Assembly (NCBI RefSeq): GCF_009914755.1
Contig: NC_060942.1
Direction: 5' to 3' (one strand)
DNA: 64,000 nucleotides
Source: the human T2T-CHM13v2.0 reference genome, Homo sapiens
In this document: positions 27,654-42,060 of the stretch, in pieces
Layout: every line of letters begins with the position of its first letter
Position numbering within the stretch: the first letter of the stretch is position 1
Made by a program: the position numbers and the translations under genes
Notes under the pieces: generated by a model
What the model was told of the DNA's origin: nothing
What the model saw: only the letters and a program-made list of their open reading frames with translations
Databases searched by the model: none

Positions 27654-30174
27654 GAAGGCTAAGGGGCAAAACAGAGAGACCTAAAGTTAAGAGTGCATCA
27701 ACCAAAGAGAAATGAAACATTAAGAAACCCTGCAGCTGCAATAAACTCTAAAAAGTTTTGGTTTCAAGATGTAAAGTTTTAGGAATTATAGTAATAAAGC
27801 ATTCTTTCATAAAAGGTTATCTTTCATATTATGCTTGCAACATCACTGGTTGAGTGTAACATGAGGTTTCTACACTAACATATCATAATTTAATTATGGC
27901 TTTGTTCAACGCAAAGAAACATTTTGTTTGTAATCTATTGAATAAAACAAACCCACTAAACTGAAAACCTCACGTGTCACCTCCCCTCAAAAACATCGAA
28001 ATTGTATAACGAATGACATCATGTGTTCAATGGTGATTCACAAAGTGGACGCCAAGTGTGTGGTGGATGTTTCCCCCTATTGAAGATTCCCAGCACTGAT
28101 GGACAACTGCTTCCGCCCTTACTCTCCCTCTCCCACCCCCAATCAGCACTTATGGTCAAGATTCCAGGTCGAATGACCCTGAAACAGAGTCCGTGTTTTC
28201 TTTTTCTTTTCCTTTTCAAAGGCATTTCACACTCATCGTGGATTTTATTTTTGACTAGTTATAAGAAATGTCATTTCTGCCTGTCCTCTGTCACGAGGCA
28301 GTATCTGGAGATACTGCAGGATATTTTGACTGAAAGGATGTTCTATTTTCTTTTCTCTGTTCTCCAGTGTTATGTCTCTGTTTGTTTATTTGAAATCCTT
28401 TGATCTTTCTAAGGGATTGTGGGAATCTTTGACTAGAAGTAATATATCTCTGACTCAGAAGGCCAACTTCTTGGCTGGGAGTAGGGAAGAAAAGGGAGAA
28501 GTCAGAAAGTCCCGATCATCCAGGATGGCAGAGAGAGCCTATTGTATGAGTCTTTTCTCAGAATTAAAACTTCACAGGATTTCACCAAGTTATCCTGGAT
28601 CTTATCCTCCTTACTGGAATTCCTTTAGGATGATAGCATTGGAAGGATGTGCTCATCAACCTAGCTCAAAAGCCTGAGATTTTTGTAATTATGTTATGCA
28701 GGTTTAAGACAAAAGACCAGGCGAGATGAGTGGTGAAGCCATGAAAAAAAATGACACGCACAACCAAAGCAAAACCAGCAGGCTTCTGGAGTTTGCCAAT
28801 TCTTCTTTGTGAAGAAAACGTCTGGCAGTTTGCCTAAAATCTTAGCCGTGAACAGCTGCCACTCCAGTTTAAATTGCTGTTAAAAAACAAAACCAAAAAG
28901 CAAAACAAAACAAAACAAAAATCTATACCACCTGTCCAGAAAATTGCCTGTTCCTGGAGTCCCGCAAACTGAAAAACCGGAGCGCACACCCCTGCTTCCC
29001 TTCACTGTTAGGTCGAATCTGTCCTAAGCCTCAGTTTACCTAGCTTGCAGCCCAAATGCCAACAATCTTGGGGCCAAATAACTTTCTCTGTGGTTTCAGT
29101 CTGGGTAGCAGTGACCACTTTCAATAAACTTAAGAGTGAGAGATCTTTGTTTAAACAATGAATGTTATGAATTCTTCGGTGCCGCATCACAAAGCCCAGC
29201 ACCTCCGTGAAGTCCATAAATGTCTCCCCAAACTACCCCAGGACGTAGAGTTAAAGAACCCAAATCTGCCCTAGCGCACCCCTTGTTTGAATACTTCACC
29301 CCATATTAACAACCTTTATGTCCAAACTTAATGTAATATTTTAACCAGGCTTGAATTAGAAAAAGTAATAATAATGACATTTTCTTAAAGGAGAAAAGAA
29401 CATGAAGATAGTAAGGTGAAAAAAAAATAACTAAATACTATTTTAAATTATCAAAAGTAGGTGCAATCTATATGGTTTGACATTTCACAGTATCAAAAGT
29501 TTTCTGTGTTTTGGCCCCAACAGAATTCTTACCAGCCCCCAAAATTGTGTATAAAGGGAAGGCAGAGATCATCACCCAGACCCTAGTACCACAAATGTAA
29601 ACATGTTCTCAATAATACAAAGACAGGCTAGTCACATCACTCATTTAATCTCACTATTTCCGTTGGATACTATTTACTTGCATCTGCAAATAAAACAGAA
29701 AACAAACACTGAAATAATTATTAAGTCCATAGTTTTCTATGGCTTCCAAGTCATCAATACCACATAGAGAAGAAATGTCTAATGGAGATTTTCTGTGGGA
29801 CACCTTTCATCATTGGGTTCCAGAGCAGAGTAAACATTAAACCACATCTTTATATTATCTGATGTTTAAGGATCTCCAGGTGGGGTTTCCACTAATGGAA
29901 TAACATTCCTGCATGGCAGGTGGAAACCTTCATCCCGCACCCTAATGTGCTGGAGCAGGGGCTCATTCCCTCTTGTTCTCTTAAGGAGGAAAGATTTCAC
30001 TGACACGCTGTGTCTTTAATTTTTAGAGACCAGTTCTCCGGGGCAGGATGAAGGGCCTCCACAAAGATGCCTATGGAATTGTTGTCCACGAGTCCCTGAG
30101 GTTCTGCTGCCCAGCCCCCACCCCAAGCCCCCTTGGGGCCCAGCAGTCCCCCGCTGTAGTTACGGCTCACACTC

Positions 30175-31420
30175 GACTCACTCACTCACGTGCTGCTTCA
30201 CTTGTTCACGGAGGCAATCCACAAATTTTGACTAAAGACTTTCTTGTGCTCCAGGGAAATACAGTTGTAAACAAGAAAGGCAAAGCCCCTGTTTTGAAAG
30301 AGCTGACATTCTCATGGGGATAAACTGAAAACAAACAGCACACAAGCCAGAAAAATATCAGATGGTGACGAACGCTATGCAGAACATTCAAAGACTGTGA
30401 TGTGATAGAAAGCTCCTTTGGTTTTCTGGTCAAGAAGGATCTCTCTGAAAAGGCGACATTTAAATGAAGGAGTCAGATGAGTGAAGAACATTCCAGGTAG
30501 AGAGCACAGCTTGGAGTTTTGGGAAATGAAATGAAGGCTGGTGTGTTTAAAGTGTAATAAATAAGAGCAAAGCGACATAAGATGAGTTAGGATACGAAGG
30601 CAGAAGGGAGACCATGCAGGGTGTCTACACCATGGGTAGTAGCTAAAATTTTCTTCTAGGTTTTGAGAAAAGCTATTGAAAGGGTTTAGGAGACAGACAT
30701 GATTTGATTTGATTTAAGTTTTAAAAGCATTACTCTAATATCTGTGGGTATAAAGTCATTAAGTGGCTCAAAGTAAAAACAGAAAGACCAATGAGGGGTC
30801 TCTTGCAATCATCCAGACAAAGGATGGCTTGAGCTAGGATGATAGGAATGAAGATGGTGAGAAGTGAACAGAGTCAGGACCTGTTTTAAAGTAGAGACAA
30901 GAGGAATCCCTGGAGGACTGGATGATACTGAGGGACAGAGAAGTATATCATCCAAAGTGGGCTAAGCTATGCTGCCTAACAAATAATACCAATATCTTAA
31001 TAGCTTAAAACAAAAATTAACTTATCCTTCTTGATCCATGTTCATGGAAAAGGCAGCAGGGGACTGTGTTTCATCCTGTCCCCAATGAAAGACCCAGGCT
31101 GATGGAGACTTCCCGATTTGAAAGGTGAGTAGTAGCTGAATAAGGGCTGAAAGAATATGAAGAATCCTGCACTAGCTCTTCGATGCTTCCATGCAGTGGT
31201 GATGCCTATCCCCTCCACTCACAGCTCATTGGCAAGAACAAGTCACTTGGTCATGTCTAATATTGAGGGTCGAACAAGTGTCATTCTCTATGGAAATAAT
31301 AGAAGGAAACTACTGGTGAACATAGTTAATATCTATCACAAGAAGTGTCAAGGAAAATCCCTATATTTTTGATTCGAGCAATGGCATAGATGGTGCTACC
31401 ATTTACTGGGGAGGTGGAGG
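30175..31420 (-). mobile_element. L2a, interrupted by an MLT1 LTR at about 30945-31340
   Basis: aaacaagaaaggcaaagcccctg...gagctgacattct...ggtcaagaaggatctctctgaaaaggcgacattt...gacatgatttgatt...gagcaatggcatagatggtgctaccatttactg. Confidence 0.8.
30945..31340 (-). mobile_element. MLT1J/K/L-like LTR
   Basis: gggctaagctatgctgcctaacaaataa...gcttaaaacaa...acccaggctgatggag...ctcacagctcattggcaagaacaagtcac. Confidence 0.7.
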
Positions 31421-32094
31421 ACATCCTCCTATAATCCCTTACCATGATTGTAGTTGTTGGTTCAACACCCATCTTATCAGAAAGAGTATAAACTACAAGT
31501 TCTCCAGATCACTGGTGTCCCAGACTCTCTGAACCCAGCACTGCGACTGGTGATAAGACATATTTGGTGTCTTTATGAATGAATTAATGAACCAAAGAAT
31601 ACAAATAAATCATTAAGCCATTTGGTTGACGTTTCAAGGCTGACAGACAATTGCACATTCATTTTTCCTCTCTGAAACCCATGAAGAAATCCACCATGTA
31701 CCATCGGCAAGGTCCCAGGGACACAGGCTGATTCATAGATGAGTTGCCAGCAGCTGTGGATTTTCCCAGGTCATCAGTAGCCATCTTGAGGTCTTATGCT
31801 CTAGCTCATGATATCTGCATAATTTTTGGCAATTTATTTGAATGCTTCAGATTACCTCCCTGGATGCTGGTTTAATTCTCAATTTTAGAGTCAAATGCAT
31901 TTCCAGCTTCCTCTAAGAAATACTTTGGTTACCTTGGGTCCCCAAGGGTCAACATAGGCCAGGCTGGTGCTCCCCTCATAGGACAGTGAAGGAGGTAAAA
32001 GAAGTCAAAACAGTCTGCTGAGATTTGAGTGTTCTTCACAAGTCAAATCCTAGGCTCATCAAAAGTTTGGCCAAACATGGAAGGACACAATAAA

Positions 32095-32735
32095 TACCAC
32101 ATAATTATCAATCAATTTATCAACAAATATTGACTGGCCTATGTTGAAGCATGTTATGGGAGATAAAGGACAGATAAAACGTCATCCTTACATTAAAAGA
32201 TATGGCCTTATTTTACAACCCAGTTAAAAAGAAAATTCTAAAAATTCTTACAGAATTTCAAGTGGGGAGAGAGTCCTGTGGCTGGAACCCTGAAGATGTG
32301 AGCTTTGGCTGGGATGTGATTTGAAAAGATGAATGCCATTGAGAAAGGTATTAAAGGTGGGGAAACATAAGTACAATCGCAGAATCAGGAAAATCGTGGT
32401 AAATTTTGGTCAGAGTCAAGTAGTCTCAGTAGTTTCTCTAAAGAATAGAGTAAAAATCAATCCAGCTAGTATAAAATGTTCTAACAAATCAAAGGAGTGC
32501 CTCGAATGCCAGACTGGGGCATTTGGACTTGGTCTTGCCAGCCTTGGACCCCTGACCGATTTAGAGTGAAGGGTTCACTTGAACTACATCCAGACTGAAA
32601 GCTCCTGAGGGCAGGGGCTGTGTTCCTTGAACCTAAGCACTCACAGCATCTCTCAGAGAAAGAGGCACACAGAGGTACACGAAATCGTGATGCATGAATA
32701 ACAGCATATGAATGAACACATGGATGATTGAATGG
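32095..32735. mobile_element. L2 fragments (minus at about 32095-32560; plus 3' end at about 32590-32735)
   Basis: tcaacaaatattgactggcctatg on one strand; agactgaaagctcctgagggcaggggctgtgt...gaatgaa on the other. Confidence 0.55.
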
Positions 32736-33259
32736 GGTTTACAAAGATTAATGGTGTGGCAGTAGACATTCTAATTGGGGTAGGCACAAACTCATGGCAA
32801 GAAAAACCAGACACTGTTGGAAGAGTCTAGAGGTGAATTTATAAGTCCCTCACAGGAATTGACAAATGCTCAGATACTGTCTGTCTCAGTTCAGTGAGCT
32901 CCTGGCTAAAGATGGGTGATATTTAAAATTGCAACTCAATATTCCTTCTAGTTCAATGTCAGTGCAACTTGTTATAAAGACACAGAACAGGATTTGAAGA
33001 AATAACTTGTAAAAATAAAATTATATCATCAGAATTACTAATACTTTGACTACCTGCACAATAGTAACCTTGAATCCCAACACTGTATTCAGTCTAATAA
33101 AAACATTTATTGAGTAATGTTAAATTCACAGGCCTTATAGTTGAACTCTTTTTAAATCTGTGATATCAATGTAGGTACTTTCTCAAGAAACCCAAAATAC
33201 ATTTTTGATATTCAGGAATACTAAAATCAAGTTAATGTTTGAGTGGTATGTTAATGTGT

Positions 33260-33670
33260 AGTTGCTTACTTGCAAGAACAAAAATACAACTGAAACTAGC
33301 CTAGGGAAGGTATGTGCTCATATAAACAAGCTGAAGTCAGGGCAAGGGTGCAGTTAAATAAAGTTGCATGCAGAGGTTTGAGGATGTGAGACCTAGAACT
33401 CAAACGCCACCAGCTCCTCTTGTTCTCTTCCACCAAACCTCCTTGTTCTGTATGTTAACTCCATTCCTTCATGCTACAGACCAGCTTCCTGCACTCTAAG
33501 GAAAACCTGGCAGCCAAAAATCCTAGGCTTTTACATCTCCAGCCCTGGGAGAAACGCCATCACTTCTCCATGCTCTAATTGGCTAACAGGCCAACATTCC
33601 AACTCCTGTGGCCAATCATCTGTTACCTGGAGATGTAAAGGAATATGATTGGCAGTGGTCATTGAAGCCA
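33260..33670 (-). mobile_element. Old MaLR LTR (MLT1L/N/O-like)
   Basis: ttgcaagaacaaaaatacaactgaaactagcctaggg...ctctaattggcta...tgattggcag. Confidence 0.4.
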
Positions 33671-33837
33671 CAGGGTTGAGGCTTTTGGGTGATGAGCAGA
33701 AACCTTTCTCAGGAGAAGAGCCATGGCTGTCTTCCGCCATCTCACTGTCCTGTAGACCAACAGGAGGCTGCTGCTGTCCTTATTTGCTCTGCAGAGATTT
33801 CTGTTTTTAACCCCATGTCTTGATAAGAGAATGCAGG

Positions 33838-34263
33838 TGCATTAGTTTCCTAGGCCGCCATAACTGACTACCACTGGGGGACTTAAACAAGTGAAATTTA
33901 TGCCTCTTGGTTCTAGAAGTTGGAAGTCTGAGATCAAGGCAGGATTAGTTCCTTCCCAGGGATACGAGAGAGAAGCTCTTCCAGGCCTTTCTCTGAGTTT
34001 CTCGTGGGCTCCCGGCAATCTTTGGTGCCCTCTGGCTTGTAGATGCATCCCCCATCTCTGCCTTCAAGTTCATATGGCATCCTCCCTGTATGCACATCCA
34101 TCTCTGGGTCCAAAGTTCCCCTCTCTACTAGCTCACAGTCGTATTGGATTAGGGCCCCCCCGATGACCTTTAAACTTGATTATCTCTGTAAATAAGGTCA
34201 CACCCTGAAGGACTGGGGATTCAACATATCTTTTTTGGGGAGGACACAGTTCAGTTCATAAAA
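33838..34263 (-). mobile_element. MLT1B/C solo LTR
   Basis: tgcattagtttcctaggccgccataac...ggaagtctgagatcaagg...ggcttgtagatgcatc...attggattagggccc...aaataaggtcaca...ggacacagttca. Confidence 0.85.
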
Positions 34264-37200
34264 GAGGGTGAAAGACATTTCTGCTAAATAAAATAGACTT
34301 GTTGAGAATTAATTCTAACCAAGCCACTTGGCCTCTAAATGTCTTCTTCTCAATCCTCTTTCATTTGTTAATGTCATGTGGTCTTTAGTATTGCTATCTG
34401 TGTTTTAGGATTTTTTTTTAAACAGATGTTAAAATTGTCAATTTACATTCAACTCTGGCAAGTATAAATTATCTTTTAGTTTTTGACTGTTACCAAATAC
34501 AAAGTAAGTATACATTTTTACAAATCTATGTACAATCAACATAAAACGTATTATTTATAATTTTTTCAACAAAACTAGTTTTTCTTGAGAAAATTTCTCA
34601 AATGGACTATTGGATATTTCCCCATCTACTCTCTAAATTCTCAGTACATGCAATCACTGTAGTATACAAGGTTAAAATGGAGTTACAACTTATTGTAATC
34701 AAATATTGAATCTCTTTTTAACACTGTTATGTTATATCAAAGTAGGTATTAAAGAATGAAATTAAGAGATAAATTACAATCAAAGGTGTTATTCATTCTT
34801 ATAATTTGTGAAGAGAAGAAAATTTGGTCTTCCTAAGAAAAGGTATCATCCTCAGGGATTGGTCTGAAGTTTTGTTTTAAAATAATGTCATGGTTTGATG
34901 CATCTGTAAAAACCATCTGTGCTTCTCCTGTGAGCCACCGGGAAGACTTAGTGGCATCATCTGAAGGAATTCCTGGAGACCAGGCTCACCTGTTTTGCAC
35001 TCAGAAAATTTCAGTATTAATCGGTATTTATTTGGGAAAGGCTGTGATGGCCCACCGTGGTGTATGCTGCCTGTATACATATAAACACTGATGTGTCTTT
35101 CCTTTATTCTCTAAGTGACAGTGCAAGAAAGTGTGTTGGAGATGTACTGACATCAGTATATTGTTACAATATGAGTAACAAGACAGCCCCCTGACAGGTG
35201 GGGCTGTTCCATTTATAACAATCACACTCCCCTTTCTTCCACACTCAAAGGACGAGGGTGCACACCGGGCACTGGGAGCAAATGTGGAAACTGAAATTTG
35301 GCAACGACACATCATGTTCTGGGGGTCCCCTGTAAATGTGCACTCGTGTTCTGGTGGCAACCTCGGGGACTGACAACCTCCACCATTCCGTCACCTCCAC
35401 TGCAGTAGAGGAGGGCAGACCCACCCCCTGTGCACAGGTGACTGCACACAGACAGTCGTGAAGAAATGAATTGACCCAGCAGGATATCATCAGGTGCCAG
35501 AGACTCCAGCACCAAAGACGTGAAACCCAAGCTTTTTAAGAGAATATTGCACCTCCAGCTTTTACTGTGTGTTTTCTTCCATTACGTTTCAGTATCAAGC
35601 AAAACAACGCTTCTTGTTAATTGTCTGTGCTATTATTTCATCAGAAGCAGAGCCAGATATGGGAAATGCATTCTGCTCCTCCATTTCACCACAGAGGAAG
35701 AGCTGCCCTGAAAGGTGAAAGAGAAGCTACCAGGGTCTATGGGACTTGCAGGACATGAGAATCTGCAGGACACTGCTCCCAGAAGACCTGGGAGGGCACA
35801 AAGGAAGATGTTCTCTCAACAGTTTTCCAAGCAACGATACAGAGATAAAAAGGTCAGCGTCTGGCAGCCCCCTCTAGCATATGCACGTCTATTTATGAAG
35901 ACACTTAGCCAGGATTTAGTAAGTTCACTGCAAAGCTCCAGGGGCGCCTGTCTCTTTAAATCCGTCTCTTCCCAAGTGAAATTTGTGGCCCTGATGAATG
36001 GCAGAGCAGAGTCATCCATAAAAGGGCAGAGGAAAATCACATTCATTTGCATACAGTAATTATTCTGTGAATCAGGCCACCTTTATTGCTGGCAGAAAAT
36101 ACTGTCAGCATCACTCTATAGATCACATTTGAAAATCTAACAGCTGAGGAAAGTAATTGTTTGGAATCCATGTGGTCCGGCACTCCTGTGGCCGCAGGTC
36201 AGCGATCATGTTTCTGGGTGGACAGCAAAGTTTCTAGGTGCCTGTCAAGCCCTCCCTGCAGTGCCTGTATCTGCTCAGAGGAGTTTCCCTGGAGACTGGT
36301 CGTGGCTCTGTTTTCAAAGAATGAGTGTGAGCACAGGAGTGAGCTGGAACCCAAGGACCTTAGAACCACCCCTCCACTTGTTAGAGTTGGCATCCCCTGT
36401 AAGTCACGCCAGGGCATTGACCTCCCTTCCCTAGGACTCGCCACCCTGCCCATGTCACCCCATAGTGCACACAACCACCAACACCACCACACCTCTAACT
36501 CCAGCTGGCTCGGCCTCGCCAAGTGTGCAGTAAACAAAGATGTGGCCAGTGCACCTCTCTCCCTGATGTGATGGAGAGGAAGAATGAACATGGTAACTTT
36601 TCATGGCCCTTGAATTTTTGGAAAGTAGGGGGAATTGAGGTGGAATAGATGAAAAGCAGAACCAGCAGCCCTGGGAAAGAATAAATGCATTACTTAAGGG
36701 GTGGTGGAAGGACACGCAGCATGTATTTTAATCTCTAGAGGAAACCTGTGAAGAAATCTTTCCATTCAGAAAGAAGGGTTTGCAGCAGGCAAGGTTGAAA
36801 GAGTTAGCAAGAATGGCCTAGAGCAGGAGGGCTCAAAAGGAAGTCAGAAGCAGGGAGACATATAGGTCTTGGGACTGAAACAGGTGCTTTAGATTCTGGC
36901 CATTTCCATTTTTGCCTGTAATGTAAGGTTTCCTTCTAGGTGGTTTAAGTTTCAAGATGCACCAACGTAGCCGGGGCAAAGACTCATAGAGCCTGAGGAG
37001 TAGCCCCATGAACAAAGGATTTCCCTTGACGCTTTGTTTTATCTTTCCTACACCTAGGTCCAAAGACCTGCTGTAAAACCAGAGGAAGATAAATGCATAT
37101 CAAAAATTCAAGTAAGACACTTGATGTAGAAAAGAAAACATTTGAAATACTGTTAGCTGAAGGGCAGTGTGAAGCCACTTTACCGCCACCAGGAATTCAC

Positions 37201-37449
37201 TTGGAAAGTTAACAGGGGGAGAAAAGCAGTTAGCATGGTGCTGCTGTGCTCATTTTACTGGAAGAAGGGCTGTAACTAGAAGTCTTAAACAAGTGTCATT
37301 CCAGCCTGAGTGCTTAGGTTGAGGTTTGGGTTGGATAAGTTACTTGAAGATAAATGTTTATCAAAGAAGGTTTAAATTCTCTGTGACTCTTTTATCATTT
37401 TTCTTTCTTCTTTCACCCTTATTCTTCCTATTTAAAAAAGCACTTTTAC

Positions 37450-37715
37450 TGTGTGGATAAACCTTGAAGACATTATGCTAAGTGAAATAAGCTGGACATA
37501 AAGGCACAAATACTTTATGATTTCACCTATATATGATTTCTAGAGTAGGAAAATTCATAGAGTGGAATGCTGGTTGCCAGGGCCTGGGAGGAGAAGAAAG
37601 TAAGAAGCTGCTGCTTAATGGGTACAGAGTTTCAGGGAAGAGAAAAAGCTCCAGAGATGAATAAAACACCACTGAATTGCACACTTAAAACTGGTTGAAA
37701 TTACATATATTGTAC
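37450..37715 (+). mobile_element. L1MB 3' end fragment
   Basis: tggataaaccttgaagacattatgctaagtgaaataagc...ggttgccagggcctggg...taatgggtacagagtttcag...ccactgaattgcacacttaaaa. Confidence 0.85.
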
Positions 37716-37799
37716 AGCAAGACGGGCTTGGGTTTGGTGGAGGAAAGGCAGGCACATCTTCTCCGAGAAGCCTCGTTTTCTCTCTGATATGCAACAAGG

Positions 37800-38640
37800 T
37801 CATGAGCCGGTGGTGTACAGGGAAATGGGTGTTAGGCTGGAGGAAAGAGTAAATTGTAAAATCGTCATTGCAGAGAATAGAAGGCATTGTAGGGTCCTCT
37901 GATGATTCTGAGTGCCCTTTAAGATTTGTTGTAAATTTAACGTGAGTCCAGTTTGCATGGTTGAATGATTTTTGTCTTCAGCAATATTTAGGTAGAGAGC
38001 TTTTAGAGTACTAATATTGCTTCCAAGGAAGAATGCAGCAGGGATGTTAAGGATGATTTTAAGGTGCACAGAAAATAAGGTGGATAAAGAGAGAAGTGAG
38101 GGTGTGAAGAGGACTTGCTGGTGGAGAAAACCACTGTGGTCAGTAGACAGGTGCGGAGCCTCCACGGAGGTCAGGGTGCTGTTGGAGAACAGTCAAGAGG
38201 AGTATGTCAGAGAAGAGAATCCCTAGAGGCAAGATTTCTAAGGTAGTGAAGTTGCCAGAAATTACACAGCTTCAAACAGGCCCATGTGACTGGCTGGCTG
38301 AGCAAATAGAATAAAAAGATGGTTTAGCTGAGGGTCGAGCCAGGAAAGGTGAGCATGGGGAGTTAGCTATGTGGACGAATGCTCAAGCTGCCACCCATGA
38401 TGACAGTTGCCATCATGGAGAGAAAATGAGTGTTCCAAGTCCTAAATCCATTAATGAGGGAGAGGAGTTGCTGGGGGTTTGGAGGATGACTGCAAACATG
38501 GTGGCCAATAACCGGTGTCTCCAATAAGATAGGAGTTTGAAGTAGGAGAAATGATCTTAAGTTAAATAGGGAGCAAAGAAGACACCTGTCTGCCTCCAGT
38601 ATTTGAGGTCTATAAGATAAGGAAAAATATAATCCTTGAT
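37800..38640 (-). mobile_element. Very old L2-like internal (endonuclease-region) fragment
   Basis: GA-rich plus strand; the minus strand near 38245-38265 translates VISGNF, like the APE ILGDFN motif. Confidence 0.35.
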
Positions 38641-40035
38641 TTGAGACCCCTGTTCAGGGGCATGCTAGTTGCAGGGAGCAGTAAGTTGAAGAATATGTTC
38701 AGTCAAGCAGGTTGTGTAGGGGCCCCCAGACCACACCACATGTGAACACAGAGGAGACACAACATCCATTGGATAAGCATCCAGGGTGCAGACCTTGCAG
38801 TTCACATCCCAAAGAAAGGCACATCTGGATGAGGACACACCAGGCCACACCACAGGAAGTCCTCAGCCATGGCTCCTCTGCCTGCGCCACCCTACCTGCA
38901 GGCGGTGCTGAAAACACTCATCCAGAACAGGAATTATCTTGCTTCCTGAGAACGTCTTAATCTGACCCGAGTTGAGTTGAAGGCATTTGCTTACCAAAGC
39001 CGCTGCCTCAGCAAGAGGTCTTGTGTTCTTTAGACAGGTGAACAAGCTCAACACAGGGCCACAAAAAGAAGCTGGAGGGTCAGTCTTCAAGGACGATGGA
39101 TCTGACTTCTCTGCAGTGGTTGTGGTTCCCTAGACTCCACTAAGGTGGATTCTGAGCTCCAGAGAACACAATGGAGGAATAGAGAGGGCCTGAGGTTTGA
39201 CAGGCTGAGTTGTAGGAGGATTAACCAAGCTGCATGGTACTAAATCTAGTTTTCTGTGATTAATAATGTAAAAAGATTGATTTACAAATTAACCTGATGT
39301 GAGGTGTGATTAGATTAGACGAAGGGTCAGCTTGCCATTATTACAAAAAAAAAAAAGACTTTAGAATTTACTTCTTACTCCAACTAAGACCCAAGACTCC
39401 CTGAGAAGGTATATGCCAAATACAATACACAGGTATACGCCTGTGACAATACTCCAAAGTCACAGGTGCAGAGGGAGCCAGAAGCCCATCAGTTGGAAAT
39501 GAGGTTGAATGACCATCAGGTCTATGGGTTTCCACCAACCAGAGGAATCTTATCTAAGAGCTCTGTGATCAAAATGCATTGGCTTCATTAGAAGACTCTG
39601 GTCAAAGTCTAATTTTTTCCCATTTCTCACCCATCTTTGTCTTCCTTCCTAGTAGAGCTAAACAGTTCACTTTGCACATACTGAGCATTTAATGAATATG
39701 TAAACATTCAATAAATAATAGCTAAAATGTAAGTGATTGATGGAGGAGGGGGGAAGAACAAGAAAGGCAAAAGTCATGCCACCAATGAACAAATATCAAA
39801 GACCGTACTATATTTTAGACTATATACAAAATATTTTTTCAAATTTTAGTTTCAATTTTACGTGGTACTAATGGTTATATTGGTTCATACTGTATCAGGG
39901 CAACAAGAGGTTAGGATGTAAATTTTCTCTACAGAATTTTATATGCCAGTCACAGTCAGAAATTCCTACCATCTATTTTCTTTCAAGTTTCTTCTGTATC
40001 ACATGAATTTTAATGCAATAGAAAAGAATTGACTC

Positions 40036-40431
<396 letters not shown>

Positions 40432-41714
40432 CTATCTCAGGCGTGCTTGGAATATTCTAGTTCTGTAGCAAGTTCCCCTTTCTCCCTTTCCTGAGGAGCC
40501 TCTCTGGATACCCTCATGTTGCCCGATAGGGAAGTTTAAAGTACTCTCTGGAAAGTTCCCCAAGTCAGCCAAGTTCATTAATACATTAGGCCTAAACATG
40601 GTAGGCACATTCACTGTTCAGAGTATTAGGTTCCCAAAGAGGAACACAGAATTCAGCACTTTTCACATGGCAGAGCCCTCTAAGGGTCAGGGGGAAACCC
40701 AGTTAGTTCTTGAGGCCTTTTTTGACCTGGTTCTCTCTCCTGTTTCATTTGCTTCCTGAGTGACTGCATGCCCTCCATCCCTGGGAGGGGTAAAGGAGAA
40801 TGCTGACACTTCTGAGCTAAAATTCCCTGTTATGTCTCTCCCCTGCCAGATCCAAGCACAGCCATGGAGGTGCTGGAAAAAGTATACAGAGGTTTCTGCT
40901 TCGATGTTTTTTGTTTTGTTTTTTTCTCTTCTGGCAAGTGGGGCCCCTTCAGGGTTCTGCTGTTCATTAGGGATCAAACTGCCAATATGGGCTTGCTCAG
41001 ATTAGGCCTTTATACAACTGTCCCGATACCAGTGTTTGCATTCCTCTTCAACTGAAAATTTGTCAGAGAAGAAAGGCATTAAACCTGTCACTGCAGATAA
41101 AGATCAGATGTTTGATTTCAAACAGAAGAAGCAAACACTCTACCATGGACTCCATTAACTCTTGAGTACTTTGCTCAGGATAATGTGGAGGACTAGACCA
41201 GACCTGGGAAGTGGGAAATAAATCCAAATTTCACCACCATTTTAGTAGTTACAGGGGATATTGGACTTTGAGCAAAGATATGGGGGAAAGAAACTAAATT
41301 GCAAAACCTTTCCCATGTTCTTCCTTTGTTTCTTTTTATTACAAATGTGATTTCACAAAACAAGTAAACCTAGTATATTTTATCTGAAAAATAAATCAGG
41401 TTCTACCACTTACAGAAAACTAAGCGTTTGGGAAGATGGTTTTGGAAAAAGATTAGACGTTAAAAATTTAAGCCATTTTGCAATACCCTCATATAATCAT
41501 TAGAAAATCAACACCATGTTGGTAAATCAAATGAATATCTTCAAAAACCTTGCTATCATTGTTATATATATTTTACTACCATTGAAATAAAATCAATGCA
41601 TTTCTCTATTTCATTTGATAATATACACGTAGTTGTCTGTGACCTTAACTTAAACCTTGAATTTATATGGCAGCTATTTCCAAACGGTCTAATCACTAAA
41701 AAGATTAATATTCA

Positions 41715-41815
41715 TAATATTTCTGTGACAAGCTATAGGACAAGTATTATTATCCCCATTTTATGGATTCAGACACTGGGGCAGGGAGAGGTTAAGTGAC
41801 ATGCTGAATGTCACA
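41715..41815 (-). mobile_element. MIR core
   Basis: tattattatccccattttatgg...gagaggttaagtgacatgc. Confidence 0.75.
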
Positions 41816-41864
41816 AAGAAAATTAAACTCTCAAATTTAGTGCACTTTTTATTATGCTATTTCT

Positions 41865-42060
41865 GAAGAAAGGTGTAAGATAGTAGACCAGAAGTCAAGA
41901 TTCCAGGGCTCTAATCTTGACTCTGGTACTGTCTCATCATGTAGCCTTAGGCAAGTCATTTAACCTCTCTGCAGCTCTGTCTCAACATTAGGTAAAATTG
42001 ACAATTGTTCCCAACCATCTACACCCCTGCTGCGAGGATTAATGAAATGAGACCTGTGCT
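41865..42060 (+). mobile_element. MIR
   Basis: gaagtcaaga...ctaatcttgactctg...ccttaggcaagtcatttaacctctctg...gaggattaatga. Confidence 0.75.
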
